From NCBI GenBank assembly GCA_013239625.1, contig MU056303.1, forward strand, positions 2,853,734-2,917,733: a DNA stretch of 64,000 bases. The letters are read 5' to 3'. A program made the position numbers and the translations under genes. A model generated the notes under the pieces. It ran no database searches and was not told the DNA's origin. It was given only the letters and a program-made list of their open reading frames with translations. Below are positions 12,061-24,438 of this stretch, piece after piece (positions within the stretch are counted from its first letter, which is position 1; each line of letters begins with the position of its first letter). The stretch comes from Lama guanicoe. Taxonomy: Eukaryota.

Positions 12061-14374
12061 TTTTACAGGTCATTTTCCTGGAAAAAATACGGGGATGTAA
12101 TATTTCAGACTAAGAAATGTGACATTTTAAGGCACGCCAATAGCCATTTTTGTGGAATCTCATTGAATCTTCTGCATATGAATGAGGGAAAAAAATAGTA
12201 GAACTGTTCGGTGGTCAAACGTTCCCCGTCCTACCTCATTCTGTAAATTCTTCAGGTCGAAAGCAAAACTGAATGGCGTTTGGAAACAAGTGTACGCATA
12301 GGAAAGTAGCTTCCAGAATCTAGTGGTCTCGGATCGGATTGGGAAGAAAGAAGGTTCATTGCTGGCCAGTCGCTTATTCCCCGTTTTTCATTTCTGTTTG
12401 TAATTCCTGTCATCTTTGTTTCTTATGCTTTGGCTAAAAAGGGCTAGTCATATTTATTGGAACTGGGTTTCAATAAACATTATGCATTATGGCGAACCAA
12501 AGAGTGATTTATTGATAATTTGTCACCTATATTTATGAAAATGTAGACCCCGGAGCTCCAGAGCAGCTAAATCATATCCTACAGCTTGAACGTGTTGGTC
12601 CCCCCTCCCCCGACACTTACTATCAAAAGTGCACCATCCGTGCTGACTGCCCCCTACGACTCAGGTCCTGGGCGTCACGCACTTACACAAAACAAGACAA
12701 AAAAAAAAAAAAAGAACAACTGTTTGAGATTTATTTTTTTTGCTCCAATATGTTTTCAATTTCATTCTCAAGTTGCAGAAATAATAAATTGATAAAATGT
12801 AATTAGAGGTGAGATTACAATTTAATGAGGCCAGAGAAGGGGCGAGAATGGAGCGGTAGAGGGTGAAGATTTTTTTTTTTCTCGTTTATTATGTTACAGC
12901 TGTAAAGAACGTGCACAGTTTCCAGATGCAGGCAGCTGTTGGTCCTTTGGGAAGGAAACCAAGGTTCAGAGTTCATTTTGATCTACTTGTTTTGGCCCAG
13001 TGATGTTGCGGATGACACTTGGCAGAATTGCCACCTCCAGTCCTCCACGAGGTTGTCCAGGCTGGGCTGCACGTCTCTGGTCTGGCAACCTCTCCAACCA
13101 CAGGTTTTCCCCCATGGGGGTGTCGGCAAGGACTCAGCAGATCTAATATTCACGCTCGGATCTGCTGGTGCGCTTTCTTTATAAGAGTAGGTCCTACATC
13201 ACACTCGCACCTGCTTCCTTCAGATACGTGAACAGCCTCTGTGCGTCATGTTCCCTCAGGCAGGGCTCTGGCAGTGAACAAAGCACCTACCTATCTGACT
13301 GCAACCTATTTTCCTGAGTTTTTTTGGTTGGTTTGTTTTTTCATTCACGAAACTCAAATTCCAGGGTGCTCCCCCACCTTGCCCCAAGATACGACTCTAA
13401 CCGTGTGTTTTTCCATTTGGTCAAAAAAACTTTGGGACCTAAAATATTTACAGCAGTAAAATAATGCGTATTTTTTTTCTTCTTCAGAGGGATAATTGAG
13501 AGAAGTAAATAAGATTTCTAAACACAGTTTAGGCAAATATTTCTTAAATGTAGTGCTCTAGGTCTAAGGAATGAAACTCATAAATGTGTCTATACGTTCT
13601 GCATAGAAGCCTACAAAAATCATGTTATAGGTACTATTCTGTAATATCTCAAGCTTTAATTATAGGGTAATTGATCACTGTCTTGCAAGTTTACAGTGTT
13701 TTTTTATGATTCAGTGGCAACTATAGAATGAAAAGATGGGGAAACAAACATAATTAGCCATTGTGGCAAATTTCTTTTGCACAGCCTCTGGTACAGATCT
13801 TTATTCCTTTAGTGGAGAAATACTGATTGAATTTAAAATCTGCAACTACAAGCACCAGGACAGCTGGACACTTACTAAGTGAAAGGTGGGGAACTTTTTT
13901 TTCATCGTGAGTTTGAGGTAATTTATTCCCATAATCCCTCATTGACATATGAGCATGCACATGTGAAAATCATTCTTCAGTGAGTCTCAATTTCATTTAT
14001 TTTTAAGCATGATATTGTGGTAGCAACTTTAGGGGCTATCTTTGATATGTAACTAATTTTATATAACTAAGTTATATATAATTTCATGTAGCTTTTGAAT
14101 TTTAAACAGTGAAACACCATACATTTGTGCTGCAGTGAAGAATTGTTTCTTTTTATATCTTTTGAGAAGCAAACTACTAAATGATTACATAATGATTAAA
14201 GCGCTGATCTGCACCCATAGTACTGTATGTTTTTCAAAGCCATCATTCACTATTGCTTTTTGCTAGATTTGCAGTCAAAGTATAGTCTTAAATTGTCTTG
14301 TCATTTTTAAGGTTAAAGACAAGGTCCTTTTAGTTTGCGTCCAGCAGGAGTTAAGAAATACCAATGCTATACTC

Positions 14375-14430
14375 AAAGATATACAGTGCTGTGTGTCAAC
14401 TGCATCTTGATAAAACAGATGGAGAAAAAA
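14375..14430 (+). mobile_element. Very short L1 3' end
   Basis: tgtgtgtcaactgcatcttgataaaac...gaaaaaa resembles the L1 terminus tatgtcaattatatctcaataaa. Confidence 0.45.
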
Positions 14431-15462
14431 TATGGATGTTACAAGCATTTGTTTTATTGTAGCTGGAGTAAGAGCTTAATTGTACACGGATCCTACATGC
14501 AAAGATCTCACAAGTAACTAAAGATGTGAGTTCTCACACAGTGTGGCATTGGCACTATAAAATTTATAGTGTCCTCATTTTATAAATTTATAAACTGATA
14601 TTTGGAGATTTAATATAAAATGACTCAGGTCACTTTGCAGCCACAGATAACAACAGTTTTCATATCAATTACTTTTTTGTTATAAATTTATATATTTCAT
14701 AAACAGTTATATTTTGACAATCCACTGAAGAAGATTCCACATTTTAAGTAATAATGAATGATAGTATTTTTCAAATCTGGTTTTACATTCTATGTGATTA
14801 GAATCTACAAAAATAGGCGTTAAAAAATATAACCTCAAATAAATATCTTTGATTGCTTCTGATGCTGTACTTAATTATCAGCTTTCTTTTCAAATGTGCT
14901 CGTTGTCAAACTCTTCTGGTGGAGGTGAGTTAATGTGACAGCCCCTTTGACTTGACAAACAATCGTATGTTCCATTACTTGCAGATTCTGTTGAAGTGGT
15001 TACTTCTTTTCCTCCCTGCGAATGGAAGGATGAAATGCATTATTTCATTTTGTGGTTACCATTTCTGGTTTCCTGAGTTCATGTTTTTAACAGTTTTTTG
15101 AAAGTGCTGCAGGCGTTGGTTTCCTTACCTTTCTGAAGGTGCAGTGGATTCTCTCCTTTGTTACTGAGGACCAATCAGATGGATTCTGTAACAGCCAGAA
15201 GATGACAGAAATCTAAAGACCCAGGAGGTGCTCCTCCCTTCCTTCCTTCTCAGACACCACAGTCAGATGTGGGTGTCCGTATGCATTTACACAGCCCGTA
15301 TTTGCACGCTTTCTCGGGCATGTGAAGAGGTTGTGCTCATAACCGTATTCTCTGATCAGTCCTCTCCAAGGGGCACGTGGATGCCCTTGGACAGTGAAAT
15401 TCATTCTCTGGAACCAGCTTTCCTCACTGTACTTGGGTCCAAAGGGGTTTCTAGGACACACA

Positions 15463-15508
15463 CCCTCCTGAAAACTACCCACTCCCTCCTGAAAACTACC
15501 CACTCCCT
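15463..15508 (+). repeat. 21-bp tandem duplication (ccctcctgaaaactacccact x2 plus partial)
   Basis: Two perfect copies, 15463-15483 and 15484-15504. Confidence 0.95.
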
Positions 15509-15909
15509 GCACAGTGTCCCGCGGAAGTTGTCTTAGAGTCTTGGAGAATCTCTTGAGAAGGAAGGAATCACAATAATTAAACCGGGTGTTGATAAAATTC
15601 AGAGAATCATGGCAGAAGCAGCCCTTGAGAAAGGAGTCCCCAGATCTCCTAGGTGGAAAGCGGTATAAGATCAGGCTTAGAACCCAGGCTCCTGGCTCCC
15701 GAGAGCACTTGAACTTTTAGGGTCATCAGACGAAAACTTCAGACTTACCCGCCTTCCACCTCTATTCCCCACAAAAGTCATTGAAATACTCAAGTTCTTT
15801 TCACTCCATTGTCATCCCGGGGCCCTAAATTGTGGCCCTGTGCTATGTGTGCTATTAAGATAAGACAACTTTTTCTTTTGGGAGTTCAGTTAACGCCAAA
15901 AATTAGTAG

Positions 15910-16079
15910 TAGTAGCAACAACAAATGTCTATTGTTCTTACCGGATCCAGAGGCTCTGAGCCAGGCAATGCACATCGAACACTTCCGGTAACCTCCTGAT
16001 GGGGGCGCTATCATCATCCCCATTCTGTAGGCGAGGAGACAAGCAGAGAGGTTAAAAATCTTGCCCGAGTTCACAGTTT
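15910..16079 (-). mobile_element. MIR SINE, part left of the LTR insertion
   Basis: atcatccccattctgtaggcgaggagac...agagaggttaaaaatcttgcccgagttcacag. Confidence 0.75.
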
Positions 16080-16703
16080 TGTGTTTGGAAAGTTCCAGCA
16101 TGGCCCCCAAGGTTCCCTCGTCCCGATGTAAGCTCTGTGGGTGCCGTTCCCTGCAGTGTGAGCAGGCTTTGCCTGTGACCCACTACCACTCCCACAGGGA
16201 TGGTAAGGCGTGAGCAGAAGGAGTTTTGCAGATCTATTGAGGTCCCTCGTCAGCTGACTTCAAGTAAGTCAGAAAGGAGGTTGTCTGGCGTGGGCTGGAC
16301 CTGGTCAGAGGAGCCTGGAAGGGGCCAGCACCCGCCCCCCCCGGGCCCCACCAAGCAGACGGTGGAACTGCGGGGGGGGTGAGGTGGGGGGCCACATCAG
16401 CACATAGCAAGGACTTAGCGATGTCCTCTAGCTGGTGAGACCATCCCAGTCAAGAGCTAACAAGAAACCGAGACCTCAGTCAAACAGCCACAGGGGTCAG
16501 AATACTGCCTGCAGAACAGCGGTGAGCTGCAAGGGAGACCTGGCACCGGCCGACGCCTTAACTCCAGCCTCTGGAGACCCTGAGCCAAGAAGCGAGGCAT
16601 CCCATCTGTGCCCAGATCTGACCTGCAGACCTGGGAGATAAAAAGTGGCAATTTCGGGCTGTCTAGTTTGTGGGATTCATTGTGCACCAGGGAAAAGAAC
16701 TAT
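16080..16703 (+). mobile_element. MLT1E-like MaLR solo LTR (near full length)
   Basis: Begins tgtg...atggcccccaagg; internal ttttgcagatctattgaggtccctcgtcagctgactt and aagaaaccgagacctcagtc; ends agtttgtggg...aactat. Confidence 0.8.
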
Positions 16704-16760
16704 AGTTACTCAATGGCAAAGCCAAGATTCTAATCTGAGTCTGTCCACCTCCAGAACCAC
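16704..16760 (-). mobile_element. MIR SINE, part right of the LTR insertion
   Basis: aatggcaaagccaagattctaatctgagtctgtccacctccaga continues the MIR consensus interrupted at 16079. Confidence 0.65.
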
Positions 16761-18741
16761 CACCCTTTTTCACTTGTACATGTGTTATTTTGCTCCATCG
16801 CACACTCACTCTCTGCATAGTGCCTGTTCTAATTCTTCTTTGGCTTTGGGTTCAAGATGACAAGTAGGCAAGACATCATGCAAAACCAATTTGCATCAGG
16901 CCCAGGCTGATGTGGTGAAGAAGAGCAGGACTGGAGAAATCGTGGATACCCGCGTCAACTGTATGATGCTAACATTAGTCTTAACGTCTTACGCTGAAGT
17001 TACTGCATTTGTGGAAGCATGTGCAAATCATAGCTTATGTCAGCACCAACATGTTCACTTTTGTCACCTTGTGTTTATAAAATACAGGATTAGTCAGACC
17101 TAATTTTACCCCTACTGAATCAAATAGAGATTCCATAACTGAGAAGGAACTTGAATGTTAAGCAGGAAAGCTGAGGTTCTGAAGTGCTCCACCAGGACTC
17201 AGTTGTGTGGGGTCATGAGATAAAACCCAGTGTGGGTTTCAGGACTCTGAGAGCAGAGGGAACCTGTGCTTTGCCTAGCCAGTGGTAGCAAGACAATATG
17301 ACAGAGGGCCAGGACAGCAGGCATGGCTGCAACAGGGTGTCCAGACAGAGGAGTCAGATACAGATTTCCATATGCTCCAGTGAGATGTGAGAAGAGACCC
17401 TGATTCTTACACACCCAAGAGAAACAGAGACATCCCTGAGACTGATCTCTGGTGGTGTTTGGAGACTGGGTGCCGGCTGTGCGAATCAGAAACTGGAAAC
17501 AAGAAGAGAATGAGATGTCTTCGCAAGTATCAGCACAGGCAGATGAGGGGCCAGCACCAGGAGCTCTGCACCTCTCCCCCACTGATGACATGTCTGCAGT
17601 ATTTTGGAGGCCCCTGGAGCATAGACGCAATTCTCAGAATTGGGCGAAAGGGAGAGACCCTAAAATTATTATACATGCACATAGTTATGATTATCCATAC
17701 TATATATTACAGCTTATTAATAGTACTATTTTAGGGTTCTATGTAACAATATATTTACCTCCAACCAGTGGGGCAGGAGCTCAAAATAGAAATTATGTCT
17801 TACGGTACAACAATAAGGAAACCTGTACTTCCTGAAAACCTAGGTTTGGGACCTATACGTGTAACTATCCAATTTCATTAATAACAATGACCTGATACCA
17901 GCCCTGTCATATTAATCGCCATCAACACTGTGCATATTGGAAACCGGAACCCACTGAGACTACGCTCCGTCCAAGGTCATATAATAAATTAGTGGCTAAC
18001 ACCTCACTAGACTCTAGACTTTCAACTGGTCTTTGTTAAAGCTCCGGTTGGAATAACACTCACCTCTGATATCCAGAAAACGGGAGGCTCAGCCTGATTT
18101 TAACTCAGGTTTGCAGACTGTTATTCTGGGTCTGTATTTCTCCTGATGTCACTTCCTCTCCGGAAACCTGCGGCTGAATTGAGATGGATGGACATTTGGA
18201 ATCGCAAAACTTTGAGGGGTGGTACCCTGAAAATAAATGCCCATGGCCTGATGCTTATAAAAACTGGTGAACCCCGGGCAGTGTTCAGAAGAGTCTTGGA
18301 GAAAGATGGTGGAAATATGTTTAACTAGAGCAGAAAAGCCAATCTGCAAAAATATCCTGGTTCCTGGAGTCTTAAGCATTTCATGACCGGCTGGGAGCAG
18401 ATGTCCCAGCATCCCTTGCCCTGAGCCTGGGATGTTAAAGTACCACTTAGATCCTCGAAGTAAGCTGATACTGTCACCTCATAAAAATACCTCGGCGTGT
18501 TCACCTGAGAAGGAAAAAACAGTGACATTTTCTGGTGACTTTCATGAAGAATCCCAGTTCTCTTTCTCAAAAGGAAGAAATGGAAAAGTCTTCATTTCCA
18601 GATGTTTGGAGATCGGAAGGGAGGGAGGAAATTAGTATCTGTAATTCTTGCAGTGGTCTATTGTTTTCCCAAAAGTGTCAAATACCATGTGTACAGGTAT
18701 TTGTGTCAACATTCCTCAACAATAACACAGTTTTTACTGGG

Positions 18742-18865
18742 TTTTTTTTTAGGTGGAGGGATGGATAATTAGGTTTGTTTACTTATTTTAATGGAGGTAC
18801 TGGGGATTGAACTCACGACCTCATGCATGCTAAGTACGCACTGTTCCAGTGAGCTATACCCTCCC
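18742..18865 (-). mobile_element. Vic-1-type camelid SINE
   Basis: Reverse strand: gggagggtatagctcactgg...cttagcatgcatgaggtcgtgagttcaatccccagtacctccattaaaataag...aacctaatta, with A and B boxes and an A tail. Confidence 0.9.
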
Positions 18866-19247
18866 TATGAAAGTCTTTTTCTTTTTTTTTAATTTGATTC
18901 CTGTTCTGCCTGCAGAATGCAAATATTTCAGCAGGAGTTGGAATCATTCTCGGGTATCGATGAGCTACCCTGAACACCCTCACTGTCAGTTCTCTGACTT
19001 TAAACCCCAGTGAAGGCTGTCAGCTTTTAAGCCTGCGTCTGGGACATCCCTGTTTTGTCACTGCTGGAAGTTACAGAAACCCCGCCATCTAATTTGCTGT
19101 CCTCTCTCCTCTGTTGAAATTAATATTTGGAACTTGAAAGCCCGACATGAGCACCGAATATTTGAAACTTTTTATGGCCCTTCAGCGGTCTGTAGTGCCA
19201 GTTTGTTTTCCATTCCCCTCACGTCTCCGATGCTAAGTACCCAGTAG

Positions 19248-19379
19248 NNNNNNNNNNNNNNNNNNNNNNNNNNNNNNNNNNNNNNNNNNNNNNNNNNNNN
19301 NNNNNNNNNNNNNNNNNNNNNNNNNNNNNNNNNNNNNNNNNNNNNNNNNNNNNNNNNNNNNNNNNNNNNNNNNNNNNNN
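19248..19379. other. Assembly gap (N run)
   Basis: N bases. Confidence 1.
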
Positions 19380-19703
19380 AAGAAACTGCTTTAAGGGGAT
19401 TTTGGTGTTTGTGCTGTGAAGAGCCCGCTTACCTCCTACAAACCACTAACCCAAATTAACAGAGCTGTATCCTCATAAAAGAAACCAGATATCCTGTTGT
19501 GAAAAGAGGGAACCGGGTGGGACAGGCCTCCTTTGATGGCTCGCAGAGTGGCAGACGGGGCTTCAGACTTCAGATCTGGCTACCACAAAGTCATTACGAA
19601 CCTCCACCATTCGGCGTTTGATAACTTTAAAAGCAAAATAAAAATGCAGCGTCGGGGTGAGTCGGTAAGCCGTCAACCTACTCGGTTCCCGTTCTAATTG
19701 CAG

Positions 19704-19859
19704 NNNNNNNNNNNNNNNNNNNNNNNNNNNNNNNNNNNNNNNNNNNNNNNNNNNNNNNNNNNNNNNNNNNNNNNNNNNNNNNNNNNNNNNNNNNNNNNNN
19801 NNNNNNNNNNNNNNNNNNNNNNNNNNNNNNNNNNNNNNNNNNNNNNNNNNNNNNNNNNN
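19704..19859. other. Assembly gap (N run)
   Basis: N bases. Confidence 1.
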
Positions 19860-20739
19860 AGAACAGAGCTTTAAAAACTTCAAAGTTCTGACCAAAAAAA
19901 AAAAAAAATCAGAATTGGAGGAACTTATATATATTCTTTGCCCCATTATTAGACCAATATTTGCTAAGTACCATCATTGCAAATTAAGGGTTTGACAACA
20001 CTTTTTTTCTAGCCTGCGGGAAACTTACACCGTCCACGTTGCCACACTAATTTAAGATTTCTGTCACAGACTACATAACACAGCCCTGAACATACTCCCT
20101 CAGAACCCTTAATCGCCCCAGACTTATTGGTATTAGACCTCCTTTAAATACCAATATTTTAAGGCAGCTTTGACACTTGGTAGGGTTTGAGGTAATTTTT
20201 TTCCCCCCACTTAGCTAGCGAGAGAAGAAAGGTGGAATTTACTCAGCGTTAAGCTACAGAGACAAAATAAATAGGAATTCATAAAATAATAGGCCATTAT
20301 ACCGCACGGAAAAAGGGCACTACTGTATCTCAGCTCCACACCTCCGGGACGAGAGTGAAATATGAATTTCCAGTCTTTACTGTTTATCAAAAATAATGAG
20401 CACTTTCTTATTTTAGTCGACTTTATAGGCACTTCTGGGGAAAATATTATGTGAGGCTAGAGCAAGCTTCGTGTTGGAGGTCACTTTTCACTCTGAAATC
20501 ATTTCCAAAGTGAATAAACCACAATGAACATTTTCCCCACGATCAGCCGAGTAAAAACTTCAAGCCAAAGCAAAATTGAAACGGTCACGCAGTAAAATGT
20601 CAGCAGTTTGCTGGAAACAGTTTAGCAACATGGGTGTGTTCCTGAAATAGAAACAATGAATACAGATTCTTGTTTCTATATGTATTTAATCCTTGTCTAC
20701 CTCTCTCATCTTTCACAGTGTAAAAGTGAGTTACGAAAA

Positions 20740-20866
20740 GGGGGCGGGTACAGCTCAGTGGCAGAGCGCGTGCTTAGCGTGCATGGGGTCCTGGGTTCAA
20801 TCCCCAGTGCCGCCATTTACAAAAATAAATAAATACACTTAATTACCTCCCTCCAAAAAAAAAAAA
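20740..20866 (+). mobile_element. Vic-1-type camelid SINE, full length
   Basis: gggggcgggtacagctcagtggcagagcgcgtgcttagcgtgcatggggtcctgggttcaatccccagtgccgccatt, then an AT-rich segment and poly(A). Degenerate TSD gagttacgaaa / gaattacaaaa. Confidence 0.92.
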
Positions 20867-23800
20867 GAATTACAAAAGAGTTGCTAGATGAATCATGACA
20901 TATTTTGGGGTCAGATTTTTGCTGTAAAATGTGTGTAAAAATAGTCTTGATGGAGTTAAAAAAATGAAATAGGAACAAACACTAATTTTTTTTTGTACAT
21001 GTGCCAAGAACTGCAATTCTCTGACACTGAAGTAATACTATGAACATCCTGCAGTTATGTAAATGTCCCATCTATGTCAGTGTGCATCAGCTAACGTTCT
21101 TGTAAAATTACCTGCCTTCTGTTTATGATAACAATCTGGGATTTAAGTCTGGGCGTGATAGACGTTACACTTCATTAGTAAGCATGGAAAAGTGAAAATA
21201 CTCATTAAAATCATACTGAAGAACAATACTGGACAGTTTAGCTTTTTGTCTTAAAACCATTTTTTTTTCTTATTTAACTACCGCAGAGGACAGCATTTAT
21301 GGACGTGATTATAACATTGCTATTTTTTCTTGCATGATGGCTTTTTTATTTCAATTTCTTGATAGGAATATTAACCACTCACTCCTTCATGTGGGATTTT
21401 TGAAAGCACATTTTTCTGGCAACAGTATGTATCTATCATCTAACAAAAGTCTGGATGACACATAGTAATGACATTTCTTGCTGTGGACGCTGTGTTGAAG
21501 GGGCACCAGCGCGGCACGCAGACTCCCGTTTAGAGGTGCGCGTGATCCAGAGCCATGAAGAATTTTGTAAAATACTTCAAAGAAATATACAAACAGATAT
21601 ACAATACGAACCACAGGATTATCATAAAGGAAAGAGAGAGGAGATAAACAGAGAAGACTGGATTGTAAATTCTTGACTGTTATTTACATTTCTTAACATC
21701 AATGAGTGCCTGGCATTGTACCATAAGTGTTTGTTGACTGAATGAATAAAAGAATCCCAACAGTAGATTTTGAGGGAGCGAGACTTATGGAACAAGAGGT
21801 AGGTGTCCTGTCTACCCCCACCCCAGGGCGCAGAGAGAGCTGAGCAGAGAAGGGGCTGGTGGAGGAGGGGCCCCTCTAAGTTTTACCTGTCCCCCCGCCC
21901 CCAAGGCTTTACCCCCAAGGCAAGGCAGACAAATAGCACACTTCTAAAAAGCCAAACTTTAGAGTGGTCATTGTTTTAAACCATGAAAGTCTCTGCACTA
22001 GTGTCCCTTTGTGGTACAGAAAGCAGGACCACCTCTCACCACCAACCTCGGAAGAGATGCAGTTTTTATTTAGTTCACTTCCCTGTTGGCATAGGAATTT
22101 CTTCTGCAGCATCCTTACCATGGAGCTAATGAGCAAATTACTTGTGACTGTAGAATGTTCAGATGTAAGCTTTTGCTTTGTCATCTCACAATCCAGGAAG
22201 GTGAGCGCCTTGGAAGAAGATGCTCAGGGTCTGAGATGGCGGTCCACTGTGGAAATCACTCACCTCTGGGATCGCCTGTATTTACATGGCCTCGTCTGCT
22301 CTACGTGTCCAAGCAGAACATTACTAATTGTCATCCCCTCAACCTCCTGCAAATGCAAATATCTGTAGTGGAATTTGGAAAACTGCATTTACTAATTGTT
22401 TTTTTTTCTGTCTGCTAGTAATTCAGAAGATTCCTTCCAACTCCACCTGCTCCCATCAGTTCCAACGTGAACCCGAATTTAGACAGCTGGACCACCTAGT
22501 GCCCACAGTCCAGAGCAAAAATCTTTCTGGCTTTAGTTTACAAAAGTTGAAGCCATAAGGAGAAGAGAGAAGGTGTGAGGGGTGGTTACAAAGCTTAAAG
22601 ATTTGGAGAATGAGGGACTTTTACTCCCACACCAGAGAACATTTCTCAGGATGGAGTATGGGAGGGAGGTGAGAAGGAAGTGCTGAGAAGAGAACTTGGT
22701 GGTCCTGGGAGAGAAGCCCTGGCCCCAGACCTGGCTAGACCCATTGGGATTGGTAAACATTCCAGATGGATCTGTGGGCTTTGAAAGCAACGGGGACTTG
22801 GAGCTCCCAGAGGTGGCAGGATTTAGAAGGGGGTAGACTGCCCAGTGGATCTGGTAGAGACATACAGGATGGTGGGCAGCTTCCCCAAGATTCCCAAGGG
22901 ACAGGCTGACCAATATGGCAGCACATGGTGAGGGAGCCCAGGGCAGAGAGGCCGTGTGGATGGGGGTGGGTGGTGGCACGTGAGCACCTGCATGGACTGA
23001 TGAATGTGGCTGACGGGCATCACGGAGCATGCTCAGTAGACACCTGGCATCAAAGAGCAAATGGTACCCACTTCCCAGGCCTTGGCACTACGGACTCACC
23101 TAGACCTTGACCCTGGGAAACAATGGGTGGTTACCCCATTGACTGAGATTTGGTTTATGCCACCCAGACAGAACGGGGAAGCAAAACATATATGGTGCTA
23201 AGTTACAGCATGGAAAACATCCAGAAGGTTCTACTGCTCGTCAGCTGTGAATCTGTAGACTGTAACTGACACCATCTACACACCATTAGCGTTTCTAAAA
23301 CTATGCAACTGGCAAAACAAATGAAAAAATACTCAGCTGCTCCCTCCAAAAAAACCCCAAACAGATCTAGAAACGCAAAGGGGTATGAGGCATGGGATGA
23401 ACGTTCTGTTTCCTCTCCCCTGACCCCTGACCCCAGCCCCCACCCCTTCCAGCTGGCACATGGGCACTGATTCTGTTCCACACAGATGAGAGCTGTTGAT
23501 GAGTATTTTTCAAGCTTTTAGATAGTAATCGGGCAACTTCATTTGAGCTTGGAAAAAAAGAAAGTTCTGCTTTCACCAGGTTAATTTTTGTATTAAGATT
23601 TTATCCTTCTTTGAAACAAACTATGGCGCTGACAGAGTTCCCCTATCATGAGCACCTCAGCAATAAAAAAGCATCTTCGCAGAACCTTGACCGGAAGTTT
23701 TGCAGATTTTTGTTTCGACATGACCCGAGTGGCTCCAATGACGCAGGACGGTGCCGAAGTCCCAGGAGAGCACACAGGCTGGGTTCATCCAGCGAGGGGC

Positions 23801-24291
23801 CGTTCAGGGCTGGCCAGCGACTGAGAAGCTGTGTTAAGGTCAGATAACCCATGGGCTCTGGTTCAAAAGACAATCAAAAGCAAGCTGAAATCACAGTGCA
23901 GAGATCGTTTCTCCCAGCTGCTGGATTTTATCTTTTCTTGGAAGAACTTACTATACCTTTAATCCTTGGATTCTGGGAGAGCTTGAAAATGAAAAAAAGA
24001 TAACATGAGACTGCAGACTGATTTGGTTTACAGTTAGAGCAATGAAAGGAGTTTTCGTTCATTTCCTTTTGGAGAAACAATATGTCTACCAATGTAGATA
24101 CTGATTTTGAAGGAATTCTGCGAACATATGGCAGGTAAATTACTTGTGATAGATTTTACAATTAATGGTTAAAAGCAAGAATCATTTTCATTTATGAAAC
24201 AAGAATTTTTGAAAATAATTGGATCACTCACAGTGGAGGACTTCCTACTCTCATTATAATGTTTCTCTTCTATTATCACCCACGGCACTGC

Positions 24292-24438
24292 AATAAAATT
24301 AAATTAAAAATTCAGTTCTTCAGTTGCACTAAACGTATTTCAAGTGCTAGGAAGCCATGTCTGGCCAGAGGATATTGTTTGGATAATACAGATATGAAAC
24401 ATGTCCATCACTGCAGAAAGGGCTTGTGGGCAGTGCTG
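24292..24438. mobile_element. MER33/MER3-like hAT-Charlie fragment
   Basis: aaaattcagttcttcagttgcac...atttcaagtgct...aacatgtccatcactgcagaaag...ggcagtgctg. Confidence 0.75.

Noticed and set aside
12069-12200. Plus-strand exon after the (CTTT)n ttacag acceptor
   Set aside because: The acceptor strength comes from a microsatellite; no good donor or recognisable translation.
15463-15508. CRISPR-like array (also 37573-37618)
   Set aside because: Only two directly abutting units, no spacers, eukaryotic context.
19563-19946. ORFs containing X runs (also 28561-28845, 53829-54154, 60314-60751)
   Set aside because: Artefacts of reading through N gaps.
20740-20815. tRNA gene
   Set aside because: The tRNA-like head is followed by a shared non-tRNA tail, poly(A) and a TSD, and occurs in three diverged copies: it is a SINE.
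22533-23060. Longest ORF (175 aa) as a gene
   Set aside because: Non-ATG start, no recognisable domain, low-information composition and no convincing splice context.
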